From a virus (Duplodnaviria > Caudoviricetes), in the IMG/VR virus record IMGVR_UViG_2675903370_000001, positions 466-64,465 of that record: 64,000 nt of DNA; one strand, written 5' to 3'. Positions 1-9,640 of the stretch are shown here, one piece after another (within the stretch, counting starts at the first letter, position 1; each line of letters begins with the position of its first letter). The notes under the pieces were generated by a model. That model saw nothing but the letters and a program-made list of their open reading frames with translations, was not told the DNA's origin and ran no database searches. The position numbers were made by a program, and so were the translations under genes.

Positions 1-429
1 CTCCAGCAGTATGCGGCTGACCCAGCGCGGCATGTGAATGGATGGCCGAGTTTTCCCTGGCGTGATCATCGAGCATCCGTTTTGCCTCGAGGCTCCATCC
101 GCCGGGTACTGAATCGGTTCACCATGGCTCAGCTCTCGCGGCGCGATCGCATTCACCTGAGCGTCATCCTGCCAAGCCTCTCTTACCCATAGCCGGTCGC
201 CGGGTTGGCCGTAAGGGCAGTGGCTGCTGACAAAGTGTTTTGTTACCGGCTTGCCGTAAATGTCTTGCCCGTAGTTGGCGCCACCCACACAGAAATTACC
301 GCTAACATCAATGTGCGGTTGAACCTTGAGCGCACGCCGCGTGACTTTCTTTCGGCCAGATAGGATGGCGCGCACCATCGGAGCCGAGAAAAGGATGGGG
401 CGTTCTTTGGTTTGGTTGATCAATGGCAT
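1..429 (-). CDS. Phage early protein, 'ERPILFSAPMVRAIL...CPYGQPGDRLWVRE' family (ASCH-like); 3' end outside window
   Basis: Manual translation from ATG at 429: MPLINQTKERPILFSAPMVRAILSGRKKVTRR...RPSIHMPRWVSRILLE, open to position 1. Confidence 0.8.
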   Translation of the reverse strand, partial: MPLINQTKERPILFSAPMVRAILSGRKKVTRRALKVQPHIDVSGNFCVGGANYGQDIYGKPVTKHFVSSHCPYGQPGDRLWVREAWQDDAQVNAIAPRELSHGEPIQYPADGASRQNGCSMITPGKTRPSIHMPRWVSRILLE

Positions 430-587
430 AGCTCCGTCCCGTCCATCTAAGGCAGGATCATTACGAAAGACATGTTAGGTACCAGTTGACATAGACTGTC
501 ACCAGGTACCGCGGTATTCGCCGAACTGTGCGCTACAGCGCAAGCGAGCGAAAAAACTTCAACGGAAAATACTGGAAGAAACCATAC

Positions 588-1244
588 ATGGACATCGAAG
601 AAGTAAAGCAAGCTCTTGCTCGTACTGAGCAAACTTTAAGCACCGCGCACTTCGGATTAAATATTTTGAACTCCGGACCTCCTGAGCAAAAAACTGCCGG
701 ATTGCGGAACGTACTTGTATTTGGCAGGTCAGTAACATTTGTTATACAAAATCTAAAAACTATTGTCGGCGAGCAAAAGTTTACTGCTTGGTACAGTCCT
801 CATCAGGAACGAATGAAAGCAGATCCATTAATGAAATACTTTGTTGAAGCCAGAAACAATCTTGAAAAACGAGGGCAGTTAGACGTTAATCGGGAAATTA
901 ATGTTAAGTCCTTTAACTCCAATATACTCAGCGATCTCGAAAAACCACCGTTTGATAGCACTGGCTTTTTCGTTGGTGACGAAACCGGCGGCTCCGGTTG
1001 GCTTTTGGATATTGGGGACGGAGAGCCAATTAAATACTACGTTCAGATACCATCATCGCTTGTTGAGGCGAGGCAGGTTTTTCATAGCATGCCTGAGTCG
1101 GTTCCAGAGCATTTAAGGGAGCTTAGTACTAGCGAGCTGTGCAAAATTTACTTAGCGGCGCTGGGCGATATCGTCGAATCTGCGAAGACGGAGTTCCTGC
1201 CGCCGCCTAGGTCTCGCCCTCATCTAAGATTGGTCAAGGGGTGA
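588..1244 (+). CDS. Cargo protein of unknown function, possibly HEPN-like
   Basis: AT-richer ORF opposite to phage genes; motifs RSVTFVIQ and EARNNLEK; C-terminal RPHLRLVKG. Confidence 0.7.
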   Translation: MDIEEVKQALARTEQTLSTAHFGLNILNSGPPEQKTAGLRNVLVFGRSVTFVIQNLKTIVGEQKFTAWYSPHQERMKADPLMKYFVEARNNLEKRGQLDVNREINVKSFNSNILSDLEKPPFDSTGFFVGDETGGSGWLLDIGDGEPIKYYVQIPSSLVEARQVFHSMPESVPEHLRELSTSELCKIYLAALGDIVESAKTEFLPPPRSRPHLRLVKG

Positions 1245-1357
1245 TTAGCTAGGCGGCGATTGCCGGGCGCGCGAGTAGCTTGGCGAGCAGTCGCCAGAAG
1301 AGATTGAGCATAAATCGGCCTCGGCGCTATATTGCGCATTCATAATAGGGGTAAAAC

Positions 1358-1660
1358 GTGGATATATCTTGGTCGGTGTGGGTTGTTGTTCTACTCGTGG
1401 CAATACTGATTGCCGTTCTATTGCTGTTTTCCGAACTGAAGAGGTTGTCGCTTCGAATAGACGCGATAGAGGTTGACAGGGCATGGTTTGCTAACGAAAG
1501 ACACAAACAAATCGAGAGTATTCAGGGTGATCTAAGTGATCTTAAGTATTCGCTTTCTGACCTTTCTGATTTCCAGAAGGGTACAGGCCGCTATCTATAT
1601 GACCCGGACGATCCGTGCCTTCCCACGCACATTCGAGATCGTGAGGGGCGTGACCAATAG
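1358..1660 (+). CDS. Small membrane-anchored cargo protein
   Basis: N-terminal hydrophobic helix followed by coiled-coil-like segment. Confidence 0.6.
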   Translation: MDISWSVWVVVLLVAILIAVLLLFSELKRLSLRIDAIEVDRAWFANERHKQIESIQGDLSDLKYSLSDLSDFQKGTGRYLYDPDDPCLPTHIRDREGRDQ

Positions 1661-1671
1661 CTTTCAAGCGA

Positions 1672-2460
1672 TCAGGGGCAGGCACTTGCTGTGAGCGCTG
1701 GCGCTTGCTCCGCCCCGTTGGCTAGGCCTGCATGCAAGTCGACCTTGGTGCCGGCCAGCATCCCGGCGATCTGGGCGTTTAGGTCGAGCTCTGCCTCTCT
1801 GACCTTCCTGGCTTTGCCGATCTGCTTGTCTGCTAGGTAGCTTTCGATCAGCGCTTGGTGCTGGGCCTCTACTGCTACCAGCCCCTGTCCTGCGCTTTGG
1901 TATTCATGCGTTGTTGTTTCTTCACCGCGCGGCACCAGCTGTTGCAACTTGCTCTCAACCGCGAACACCCAGGCTATGGCGAAGTGATCGCCGGCAGTGG
2001 GGGCGGAATAGTTGCTCCGGAACTTGCCGGCACGTACCCCGGAAACGTATGCGTTCCGAGCCTGCGCCAGCTTCGCAAGAAGAGTTTCGTACGCGTACAG
2101 AGCGATGTGCTGGGCAGGGCTCACCCCTACAAACTTCGCACGCTCGACGCGATTCTTTTTGGTCTCGCACCAATGGGTGTAACGCAGGGCCTTGACGTTG
2201 AACACCTTGGCCACAACGGCGCTCAGTTGTTGATCCCATAACCGGCGGCGTGCAGCGCGCGACATAGAGGATTCAGCCTCGCCAACGTCGCTGACCTTCA
2301 CGTCCGTTTCGCTGAGGTGGTATTCACGCATCAGCGCCTGCGCCTGGCGCATCGCTGTGGCTGCTTCGTTCTCGTTCGAGCTTGGCGAAAGCGCCAGGCA
2401 ATGCTTGATCTTGCGGATAGCACGCTCGAGCTTTTTCGGGTCAGTTGTTTTATCGGACAT
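1672..2460 (-). CDS. DUF2786-domain phage protein
   Basis: KIKHCLALS.SSNENEAATAMRQAQALMREY N-terminal signature; GGAGA RBS before ATG 2460. Confidence 0.8.
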   Translation of the reverse strand: MSDKTTDPKKLERAIRKIKHCLALSPSSNENEAATAMRQAQALMREYHLSETDVKVSDVGEAESSMSRAARRRLWDQQLSAVVAKVFNVKALRYTHWCETKKNRVERAKFVGVSPAQHIALYAYETLLAKLAQARNAYVSGVRAGKFRSNYSAPTAGDHFAIAWVFAVESKLQQLVPRGEETTTHEYQSAGQGLVAVEAQHQALIESYLADKQIGKARKVREAELDLNAQIAGMLAGTKVDLHAGLANGAEQAPALTASACP

Positions 2461-2506
2461 GGGTGTTCTCCACTTGATCAGGATTTTATGAGTCGTCATA
2501 CTTGGG

Positions 2507-3376
2507 TTGTGTATTAGCGGAAATATCAGACAGGGAACTCATGTGATAACTTTTAGTGCTAGGCGATCTCGGTTAACTAATGAATTAAAAATTAATTGCT
2601 TGGTATATTCTGCGATCGTGCTTGCGGCTGTTGTAGTAGTTGCGGTCTTGACGTTTTATTGTTTAAGCTTCCCTTTCGACATTTCTACCTCTCAAGAGAT
2701 ATGGGGGCAGTTCGGTGACTATTTTGGCGGGGTCTTGAATCCAATTCTATCTTTTTTTGCTCTTACTGGGCTGATGATTACGTTGCGAGCGCAGCAAGCT
2801 GAAAGTAACAGGGCTGAAAAAAGGCACGAAGCTTCGGCATTCGATTCTCGGCTTTTTCAACTTCTTTCATTAATGCATACCTCAGTATCGTCAGTTAAAT
2901 TTATGCGAGCAGAGCTTTTTGGGCCTTCGGTCGAGTATGACGGTCACCGAGCAGTTGGATATGCTTTGAATAGATTGCAGGAGGATTATCTTTACCTCGC
3001 AGAACGTGGGCTTGGAGAGGAAATGTATGAGCGGTTAATGCCAGAATACGCGGCCTGGACAGGGAAGTATTGGTCAGGTATAGCTAACTATATTGAGTCA
3101 GTGTTGTTCGTGATTGAATATGTTCTAGCAAGTAAAGCAGGAAAAGATGATCTGGATTTTGCAATGCGAGCCGTTTTCGCACAGATGTCCTCAGATGAAA
3201 AGCTGCTTGTTTTTTATGTGATGATATTTTCCTTGCCGCAGAAAATCTTCATTTTTGAAGGTATGATGGATCACGGCTTATTTGGAAGCGCAAGCAAAGA
3301 CGATTTGATGCCATTTAGAAGTGATCTGATAAATAGCGCTATTATGCAGAGATTATTAAGTGGCTCGGTCGGCTAG
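2507..3376 (+). CDS. Putative abortive-infection membrane protein (putAbiC-like); start uncertain
   Basis: TM helices with WGQFGDYFGGVLNP, then FDSRLFQLL and RAVFAQMSSDEKLLVFY, resembling the RAQLS..E..LLFY motif. Confidence 0.6.
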   Translation: MCISGNIRQGTHVITFSARRSRLTNELKINCLVYSAIVLAAVVVVAVLTFYCLSFPFDISTSQEIWGQFGDYFGGVLNPILSFFALTGLMITLRAQQAESNRAEKRHEASAFDSRLFQLLSLMHTSVSSVKFMRAELFGPSVEYDGHRAVGYALNRLQEDYLYLAERGLGEEMYERLMPEYAAWTGKYWSGIANYIESVLFVIEYVLASKAGKDDLDFAMRAVFAQMSSDEKLLVFYVMIFSLPQKIFIFEGMMDHGLFGSASKDDLMPFRSDLINSAIMQRLLSGSVG

Positions 3377-3467
3377 GGTGACATGCGAGTTCCTCGCCGG
3401 GGTCGCGTAAGTCGTTGAAATGGGGTATTGGTGTGCTGCCCGACATGAGGTCGGTATTGGAGGAACC

Positions 3468-3734
3468 GTGGATCTAAAGGACGCTTTGAATTTCGTATCG
3501 CTGGGCACCGGACTGTTTTCCGCTTTCTGTTGGGTGTGCGCTGCCTTTGTCAGGGTAAAGCCCCCACCGGAATTCAACGAGGTATCCGACGGTATGTATC
3601 ACGGTCACATAATCGCCAACGGTGCGGATCTTGTGCCTACCGTCAGAGCTCAGGCGAAATGGAACAGCGCCGCTGCCATATCAGCAGCATTTATGGTGTT
3701 GGTTCAGATCGTGGCGAATATGACGTCAGGCTGA
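3468..3734 (+). CDS. Small two-TM cargo protein
   Basis: GGAGGA RBS before GTG 3468; two hydrophobic segments. Confidence 0.6.
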   Translation: MDLKDALNFVSLGTGLFSAFCWVCAAFVRVKPPPEFNEVSDGMYHGHIIANGADLVPTVRAQAKWNSAAAISAAFMVLVQIVANMTSG

Positions 3735-4813
3735 GCGCAGTCCCGAAACACATCCATTTGCGCCGCGCCATCCAGCCAGGCTGTGTCGATACGAGCGCGG
3801 GCCAGTGCGGCATACTCCTGATTCAGCTCGCAGATGATCGAGCGGCGGCCTTCCTGCATTGAAACCAGCGACGTGGTACCGGCACCGCCGAATGGGTCCA
3901 GCACCACGCCGCCGCGCGGTGCTCCGGCCAGAATGCATGGCCTGATCAGGTCGGGCGGGAAGGTAGCGAAGTGGGCGCCCTTATAGCCTACAGTGGGCAC
4001 TGACCAGACGGAGCGCTTGTTCCGCACGTCCAGTGGGTAATCGCTGTCATCCCGATCAGGTCTATGGGTGCCGACTGTCTGTCCGGGAATTGCCTGCTCC
4101 CGCTTCGAGTCTTCCCGCTTGAAGCTGTCCCGCCTGCTGCGCACTGCTTTCATCGGCCCATTTGTTTTGCCCGGCACTCGATCACTTCCCGCTTGATCGT
4201 CAACGTTCTGAGCTAGGCGGGCGATAGAGCTTGCTGCCACCGGTTCCTTTATGGCGTCCTGGTCGTAGAAGTACCGCCGCGACTTGCTGAGCAGGAACAG
4301 GTATTCGTGAGCTTTCGTGCAGCGGTCGCGTGTCGATTCCGGCATAGGGTTGGGCTTGTGCCAGATAATGTCCTGCCGCAGATACCAGCCATCGTCCTGC
4401 AGAGCGAATGCCAGGCGCCAGGGCATGCCCATCAAATCTTTCGGCTTGTACTCGGCGTGGGTTGTCGCTTTCGATTTACGCTGGCTAGCCATAACCTGGC
4501 GCTGGCTGAGTGTCGAAACACCGACGCCCATGTCGTCCCGGCCATGCGCGCCCCAGCTACCTGCATAGCTATCGCCCATGTTCACCCAGATCGTTCCGTC
4601 AGCGCGTAGCACCCGGCGCACTTCGCGGAACACGTCGACCAACCGAGCGATGAACTCGGCAGGGGTTTCCTCAAGGCCGATCTGGCCTTCTACGCCATAG
4701 TCACGCAGACCGTAGTAGGGCGGGCTGGTCACGCACGTATGCACGCTTTCATCTGGCAGCGTGCGCATCATGTCGATGCAGTCGCCTACCAGTATCTGGT
4801 GGAGCTGGCTCAT
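3704..4813 (-). CDS. DNA amino-methyltransferase (N4-C/N6-A, beta class)
   Basis: TSPPY catalytic motif near N-terminus; HFATFP and VLDPFGGAGTT SAM-binding motif near C-terminus. Confidence 0.93.
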   Translation of the reverse strand: MSQLHQILVGDCIDMMRTLPDESVHTCVTSPPYYGLRDYGVEGQIGLEETPAEFIARLVDVFREVRRVLRADGTIWVNMGDSYAGSWGAHGRDDMGVGVSTLSQRQVMASQRKSKATTHAEYKPKDLMGMPWRLAFALQDDGWYLRQDIIWHKPNPMPESTRDRCTKAHEYLFLLSKSRRYFYDQDAIKEPVAASSIARLAQNVDDQAGSDRVPGKTNGPMKAVRSRRDSFKREDSKREQAIPGQTVGTHRPDRDDSDYPLDVRNKRSVWSVPTVGYKGAHFATFPPDLIRPCILAGAPRGGVVLDPFGGAGTTSLVSMQEGRRSIICELNQEYAALARARIDTAWLDGAAQMDVFRDCAQPDVIFATI

Positions 4814-5129
4814 AAGCGATTCCGAATGGCGATGTGAATGAAAAGCTTGGTAAATAGTAGAGAATGGGAAAGTTTTAATTTCCCACTTCATTTCAGAAAT
4901 TTGGTATTTATCGGCGCTGTTCGAGGAAATTTACTTCCCCTTTTAGGCTTTCGGAAAGTTGCTTTTATGAAGGTTTTTTTCTCCACCACACTTGGCATCT
5001 ACCAATTGCACAGGTGTAAACGCAGATGAACCAGCGAGATCGAGCGACGGTGAAAGCATGGAAAAACCCCAAGTGGAACGATAAGACGTTGGCTAGGACA
5101 ATTCACCTCAATGACGTCGAGGTGATGAT

Positions 5130-5225
5130 ATGGAAAAGCTGATTAAGTGCTTGGAGTTAGTGAAAGTGGTGATAGGGCTTGCGGTATTGTTTTGGGATAT
5201 CTTGAATCAGTTTTTGGCCTCGTAG
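5130..5225 (+). CDS. 31-aa hydrophobic micropeptide (not in ORF track)
   Basis: GAGGTG RBS at 5119-5124; MEKLIKCLELVKVVIGLAVLFWDILNQFLAS. Confidence 0.4.
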   Translation: MEKLIKCLELVKVVIGLAVLFWDILNQFLAS

Positions 5226-5307
5226 CCGGTTGAACCGCTTCGGCTCTCATTATCGGCACTCAGTATCGTCATGGTATTCTCCTAAGTACCTTTGTATGGA
5301 GAGTGTT

Positions 5308-6105
5308 ATGGCGAGGACATTGGCTTGGGCGGGCGCGTTGATAAGTAGCGCTTATCTATTATTGATTTGGTGGCTGGTGGGCGACCGCATCGAGACGTTG
5401 AGGACGATGAGTCTGAATGAGGTAGGTGATTTTCTCGCCGGCGCATTCGGGCCGCTGGCAGTTCTGTGGTTGGTGCTTGGATTTTTCCAGCAAGGCATAG
5501 AGCTCCGTCAGAGCTCTCAGGCGCTACACCTCCAAGCCGAAGAACTTAGGAACTCAGTTGAAGCCCAGCGAGACCTAGTATCCGTAAATCGCGAAAAGGT
5601 ATCGGCTGATCTCGCGAGCGCTGCAGAGGCTAAGAGACAACGAGCAGCGTTGATTCAGCCATTCTTTGTAGCGACCGGGTCAGGCGGGATGCATGCGGGG
5701 GACCTGCATGATCTCAGATTCAGTTTCAAGAACCTTGGCGCTCCAGTGTCAAGAGTGATGTTCGGATTCAAAGGGGATTTAAAAGCGGCCACAAAAAGTC
5801 TTGAATCCCTAGACAAGGGGGAGTCTGCCAATTTTGAGTTTTCGTTCCGCGGAGCCGGCGATGGAATCGGGGATGAGCTCCATATTCTTTTCACGGATGC
5901 CGACCTTAACGTGGGTGAGCAATACTTCATGCTCTATGTCGATACGTCAAAGGCGCATCCGCAAATGATGATTACCCAGTGGCCTGACTCTATTGTTTGC
6001 ATCCTCGCAATTCCTTTGCTTCGCGACCGCGACCATCTTGGAGCCGCCAGGGGGGAAGCTTCTGCATTGCATGCGCCGCCCTCCGGTTCCGGTGGTGGCA
6101 AATAG
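5308..6105 (+). CDS. Two-TM plus coiled-coil cargo protein
   Basis: LNEVGDFLAGAFGPLAVLWLVLGFFQQGIELRQ...LQAEELRNSVE; GGAGAG RBS. Confidence 0.75.
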   Translation: MARTLAWAGALISSAYLLLIWWLVGDRIETLRTMSLNEVGDFLAGAFGPLAVLWLVLGFFQQGIELRQSSQALHLQAEELRNSVEAQRDLVSVNREKVSADLASAAEAKRQRAALIQPFFVATGSGGMHAGDLHDLRFSFKNLGAPVSRVMFGFKGDLKAATKSLESLDKGESANFEFSFRGAGDGIGDELHILFTDADLNVGEQYFMLYVDTSKAHPQMMITQWPDSIVCILAIPLLRDRDHLGAARGEASALHAPPSGSGGGK

Positions 6106-6106
6106 G
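6075..6106. repeat. 32-bp intergenic linker, copy 1 (copy 2 at 7764-7795)
   Basis: GCCGCCCTCCGGTTCCGGTGGTGGCAAATAGG vs GCCGCCCTCCGTGTCCGGTGGTGGTAAATAGG, 29/32 identical. Confidence 0.85.
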
Positions 6107-6123
6107 CTGGGGGTGAGCTATAG

Positions 6124-6450
6124 ATGATGATCGGCATAGGGCCGGTTCAAGGAGTGATCGTGAACAGTCAGCCAGAAGAGTCAGACCAAGTTCGCCGCAA
6201 CGGAATACTCGGCAGGGCTATCGGCCTGGATGCGTGGGAGGTCGCTCAATACGTCACGAACATCCAGAGGCATGACTCTGGCAGCGGGTACGCGGTTCAC
6301 TTTTCAATCGAGACCCCAGATCAAGTTCGGAAAAAAGTAGCCGGTTGGATGCCGCGCTTTTCATCCATACAGGCCCTATCGATTTCGAGGGATCACAGAA
6401 GAATCCTGAGTAAGGTTGAAGTGGTTCAAATAAAAAGTGTGTGCGTGTGA
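6124..6450 (+). CDS. Hypothetical cargo protein (start possibly GTG 6160)
   Basis: ORF opposite to phage genes, AAGGAG upstream of 6160. Confidence 0.45.
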   Translation: MMIGIGPVQGVIVNSQPEESDQVRRNGILGRAIGLDAWEVAQYVTNIQRHDSGSGYAVHFSIETPDQVRKKVAGWMPRFSSIQALSISRDHRRILSKVEVVQIKSVCV

Positions 6451-6491
6451 ATAAAAAAGCGCCGGAGTACCGGCGCGTGACGCTTTGAAAG

Positions 6492-7304
6492 TCAGGCGGC
6501 GAAGCTGCCCAGAGCCAGCTAAGCGGCATCGCCCACCTTCGCTTCAAGCACCGACTTGAACTCTTGCGCAATCTCTTCGCGCTGCACGTCCTCGCCGACC
6601 CAGCGCAGCTTCAGCACCGGCTGTGCACCGCTGGTGATGACCGAGATTCGCAGAATGATTTCGCGCAGTTGCAGGCCCTCAAACGGAATAGCCGAGAAGA
6701 TCAGCGACGTGGGCAAGGTTTCCTTGCTAGTCGCCTCGATAGCATCCATTGCGCTGCGGCTGGCGCGTGTTTCGCTGACGGTGTGATCGCTTTCCGAAGA
6801 TGCCTTGACCGTGATCGTGCGCACGGCTGCGATGGCTTTGGCCAACGGGATGTTCTGCAGCTCATCACCGACCGCCGACAGCGTGCTATGCCAGTCTTCA
6901 ATCCAGTCGCTCATGTCTTTCTGCGACATGCCCCGGCCACTGATGGCCTGCACGGCCTGATAGGCAGCGGTTGGCTTGAGCTTCAGCACGGCGCGGTCAT
7001 CTGCGTGGCCTGGCACTTCCTCGTTGCCCAGGTTGAACAGCACCGAACAGGTCATTTCGTCCTGATTGATGAAGCCTTTCGCGTCGGAGACTGCGCGGTC
7101 GGAAACGTATTTGGCGAAGTCCGCCAAGGAGTTGGTGGAAAACGTGCCACGGAAGCGACTGCGGCCAGCGCCGTATTGCTCAAGGTTCACGACCTTCGCG
7201 CCTTCGGGCAGCACGATGGTTGGCGTGACGGTGTTCAGCTCTTTGCCTTCTGCGATCAGCGCGGTGTCAGTGATCAGTTGAATTGCTTCTTTCGTGAGGG
7301 ACAT
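6492..7304 (-). pseudogene. DUF2303/YfdQ-family protein with TAG 9 codons before probable natural stop
   Basis: RSRFRGTFSTNSLADF, GHADDRAVL, DWIEDW motifs; reads KVGDAA*LALGSFAA* (TAG 6519-6521, TGA 6492-6494); truncated product may still function. Confidence 0.7.
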
Positions 7305-7344
7305 GTTTCAGGTCTCTTTGGGAAGTAAGGGTTGTTGCGGTTGA

Positions 7345-7698
7345 TCAGGTGCGCGGCTTGACCGGTGCTTGGTCGCGCTCGAATAGCTGGCCAGGGTGCG
7401 GAGCTTCAGCGAACAGCGTTACCTGGCCGCCGGTGCCGACGTTCATCGGGGTATCCAGCGCTGTATTCTCGCTGCGGGTTCCGCGCTTTGTCGGCACTTT
7501 GTAGTCGAGCTTGTGTTTGATCTTCACCATGTGGGAATCGCCGATCTGGCTCATGTCCAGGGTGATGACCAGCTTCCCGGCCTTGCCATGCTCGACAACG
7601 CCCGAGGCGACTTCGGAAATTGCGTAACCAATCTGGCTGGCGAAGGCTCCGCCATTCAGCTCGTTCAGAAACTCGGTTGTATCGGTAGGTGTGGACAT
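7345..7698 (-). CDS. YfdP-like phage protein
   Basis: TDTTEFLNELNGGAF...KHKLDYKVPTKRG...DTPMNVG, directly upstream of DUF2303 gene. Confidence 0.75.
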   Translation of the reverse strand: MSTPTDTTEFLNELNGGAFASQIGYAISEVASGVVEHGKAGKLVITLDMSQIGDSHMVKIKHKLDYKVPTKRGTRSENTALDTPMNVGTGGQVTLFAEAPHPGQLFERDQAPVKPRT

Positions 7699-7815
7699 GG
7701 TTTTCTCCGGGGCTTGATTCCACTGGGTGGGATGTTGAGTTGAAGAGGGGCGAAACCGTATTTGCCGCCCTCCGTGTCCGGTGGTGGTAAATAGGTTTGG
7801 GATGGGGTATTACGG

Positions 7816-8058
7816 GTGACCGGCATGGAGCCGGGCACTAGGAGCTGTACTTTGAAGAAGTCGATTTTTGCTTTATTTGCCGCCGTAGCCGTGTTGGCTG
7901 GCTGTTCAACCGCAGGGCCTTACGTGACCAACATCTCAAGCGATGGCAGAAACGGCCTGAATATTGAAAAGTGCTCTGTGCAGATGAATGCTTTCATGGG
8001 CACGGTGACTAACATCAATTGCATCAGCCAGAACGTTCAGCTCAGTCGCAGCAATTGA
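7816..8058 (+). CDS. Small lipoprotein (start probably TTG 7852)
   Basis: KK + hydrophobic stretch + lipobox LAGC; two further Cys. Confidence 0.75.
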   Translation: MTGMEPGTRSCTLKKSIFALFAAVAVLAGCSTAGPYVTNISSDGRNGLNIEKCSVQMNAFMGTVTNINCISQNVQLSRSN

Positions 8059-8128
8059 TGGCGAGCGATGAGATGGCCTCGCCTGATTCGTCTTGGTTGG
8101 CGCTCCGGATATTCCTGACGCCCGCGTC

Positions 8129-8395
8129 TTAGATTGCCCGCGCCACGGATTCGCTAACCACGATTTCGTGGCGCGGATAAACGAGAAATGCAGCCAGTTC
8201 TTCATCACTCATCAGATCCATCTTCATCGTCGCAATCTGCAATAGCTCGCTTACCGCGATCCTGTCAGCTCGATCTCTGATTCGCTGGATGGCTTGTTTG
8301 ATGCCCGGCCTTACCCGGTGCCGCAATTCCTCTTCCCCGGCTTTCTGCCGCTTGATCGCCGTCCTCTCGTCCCGCTGTTTCTGAGTCAGGGTCAT
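8129..8395 (-). CDS. Phage early hypothetical protein
   Basis: N-terminus homologous to truncated ORF 20429-20572. Confidence 0.65.
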   Translation of the reverse strand: MTLTQKQRDERTAIKRQKAGEEELRHRVRPGIKQAIQRIRDRADRIAVSELLQIATMKMDLMSDEELAAFLVYPRHEIVVSESVARAI

Positions 8396-8476
8396 TTATC
8401 AGCTCCGTGTTGCCGCTGGGCGGCAAGTGAATGTGTTGCTGGCGTCTGCCGTGGCGGACGCGCATTTGCAGGCGCT

Positions 8477-8834
8477 TCATTTCGCCCGGCTGCTGGGGTA
8501 GTCCAGGCTGTACTTCTGGACGATCCGCCTGATGGTGGTTCGATTGATCCCGGTGCTTCTCGGCCTGGAAGTGGCTGACGCCCAGATCGCGCATCGCCTT
8601 GATGCGCTCAAGCAGTTTCAGGTCTTCCTCCTCCTCGACATATTTCCGGTGATCCGCGCCGTTATAACGTGGCTGCCGGTGCGGCGGCTCTTTACGAGGT
8701 GGGCGGGGCGCAATACTGCATGAGCCAAGGTCGCATACCGTGCCACCGCTGCGCTGGAATTCTCTGACCGCGGCGGCCAGCCTGGATGACTGGACGCTGT
8801 TGCGCTGGATGGCGCTCAGTTCGGTAGTCATCAT
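8477..8834 (-). pseudogene. Frameshifted phage HTH-like protein
   Basis: N-terminus matches 21109-21348; after QAEK a shifted frame gives TGINRTTIRRIVQKYSLDYP, similar to the C-terminus of 17445-18032. Confidence 0.65.
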
Positions 8835-9640
8835 GCTGCCACCTGTGTGATGGTTACTCCGTCCATTTGGAAATCATCGCCTTGAATGTGGACCAGGTCG
8901 TTCAGCGCGCCCCAGTTCACTGTGAGGACCGATATCGGCGCACGACCTTCGTACACGGCTTTCACCAGCGCATGAAGGTCGGTGACGTTTGCTTCAAGCT
9001 TTGTCGGCTTGGGCGGAACCTTCGCGGATGGAGCGACGGCCGACATTCTCGGAGCTGGTTGTTCTACCGGTTTGGGCGCAACAGCGGCCTGCGGGGCGGG
9101 CGCGCTGGCTTTCGCTTTTTCAGCTTCAGCGACTCGCGCTGCTTCGGCCGTAGCCGCAAGCTTCGCTGATTCTTCAGCACGTATACGTTCACGCTGCGCC
9201 AGCTCTTTCGCTTCCTCGGCCTGCTTGTGCTCGTTGATCCGCACCTTGATGAGGGCCACCAGGTCATCATTGTTCTTGAGCACGATCTGCTGAGCATCGT
9301 TGAACAGAAACGCATGATCCACGGCGAGCGAGCGCAAGCTTTCCAGGTTGGCGCGGATGCCGTCGCCGATCTGGCTGGCCTCGATCTTGGCCCGGGCCAG
9401 TTCAGAGTCGGCGGCGTCACGCAGACTGGCGATATTTTTTTGCCTTTGATCGCGCCGGCGAAGTCTGCGGGGATCTCCAGCAGCCGCACCTTGCCGCCGA
9501 ACGAGGTGTTGATGTTGTCCAGGTGATCACGCAGCGCTGCTTTCGCTTTCAGAACGATCTCTTCGCGAATGGCCACCTTGCGAGCTTTCACCTGCGGAAG
9601 AGGACATCGATGGTTTCCGTCTGGATCAGCGCGTGCTGCT
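8831..9640 (-). pseudogene. 3' remnant of YqaJ-type exonuclease
   Basis: Near-identical to 21345-22210 but T7 vs T8 run (~9435) and a 55-bp deletion at 9592/9593; 5' half absent. Confidence 0.92.
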
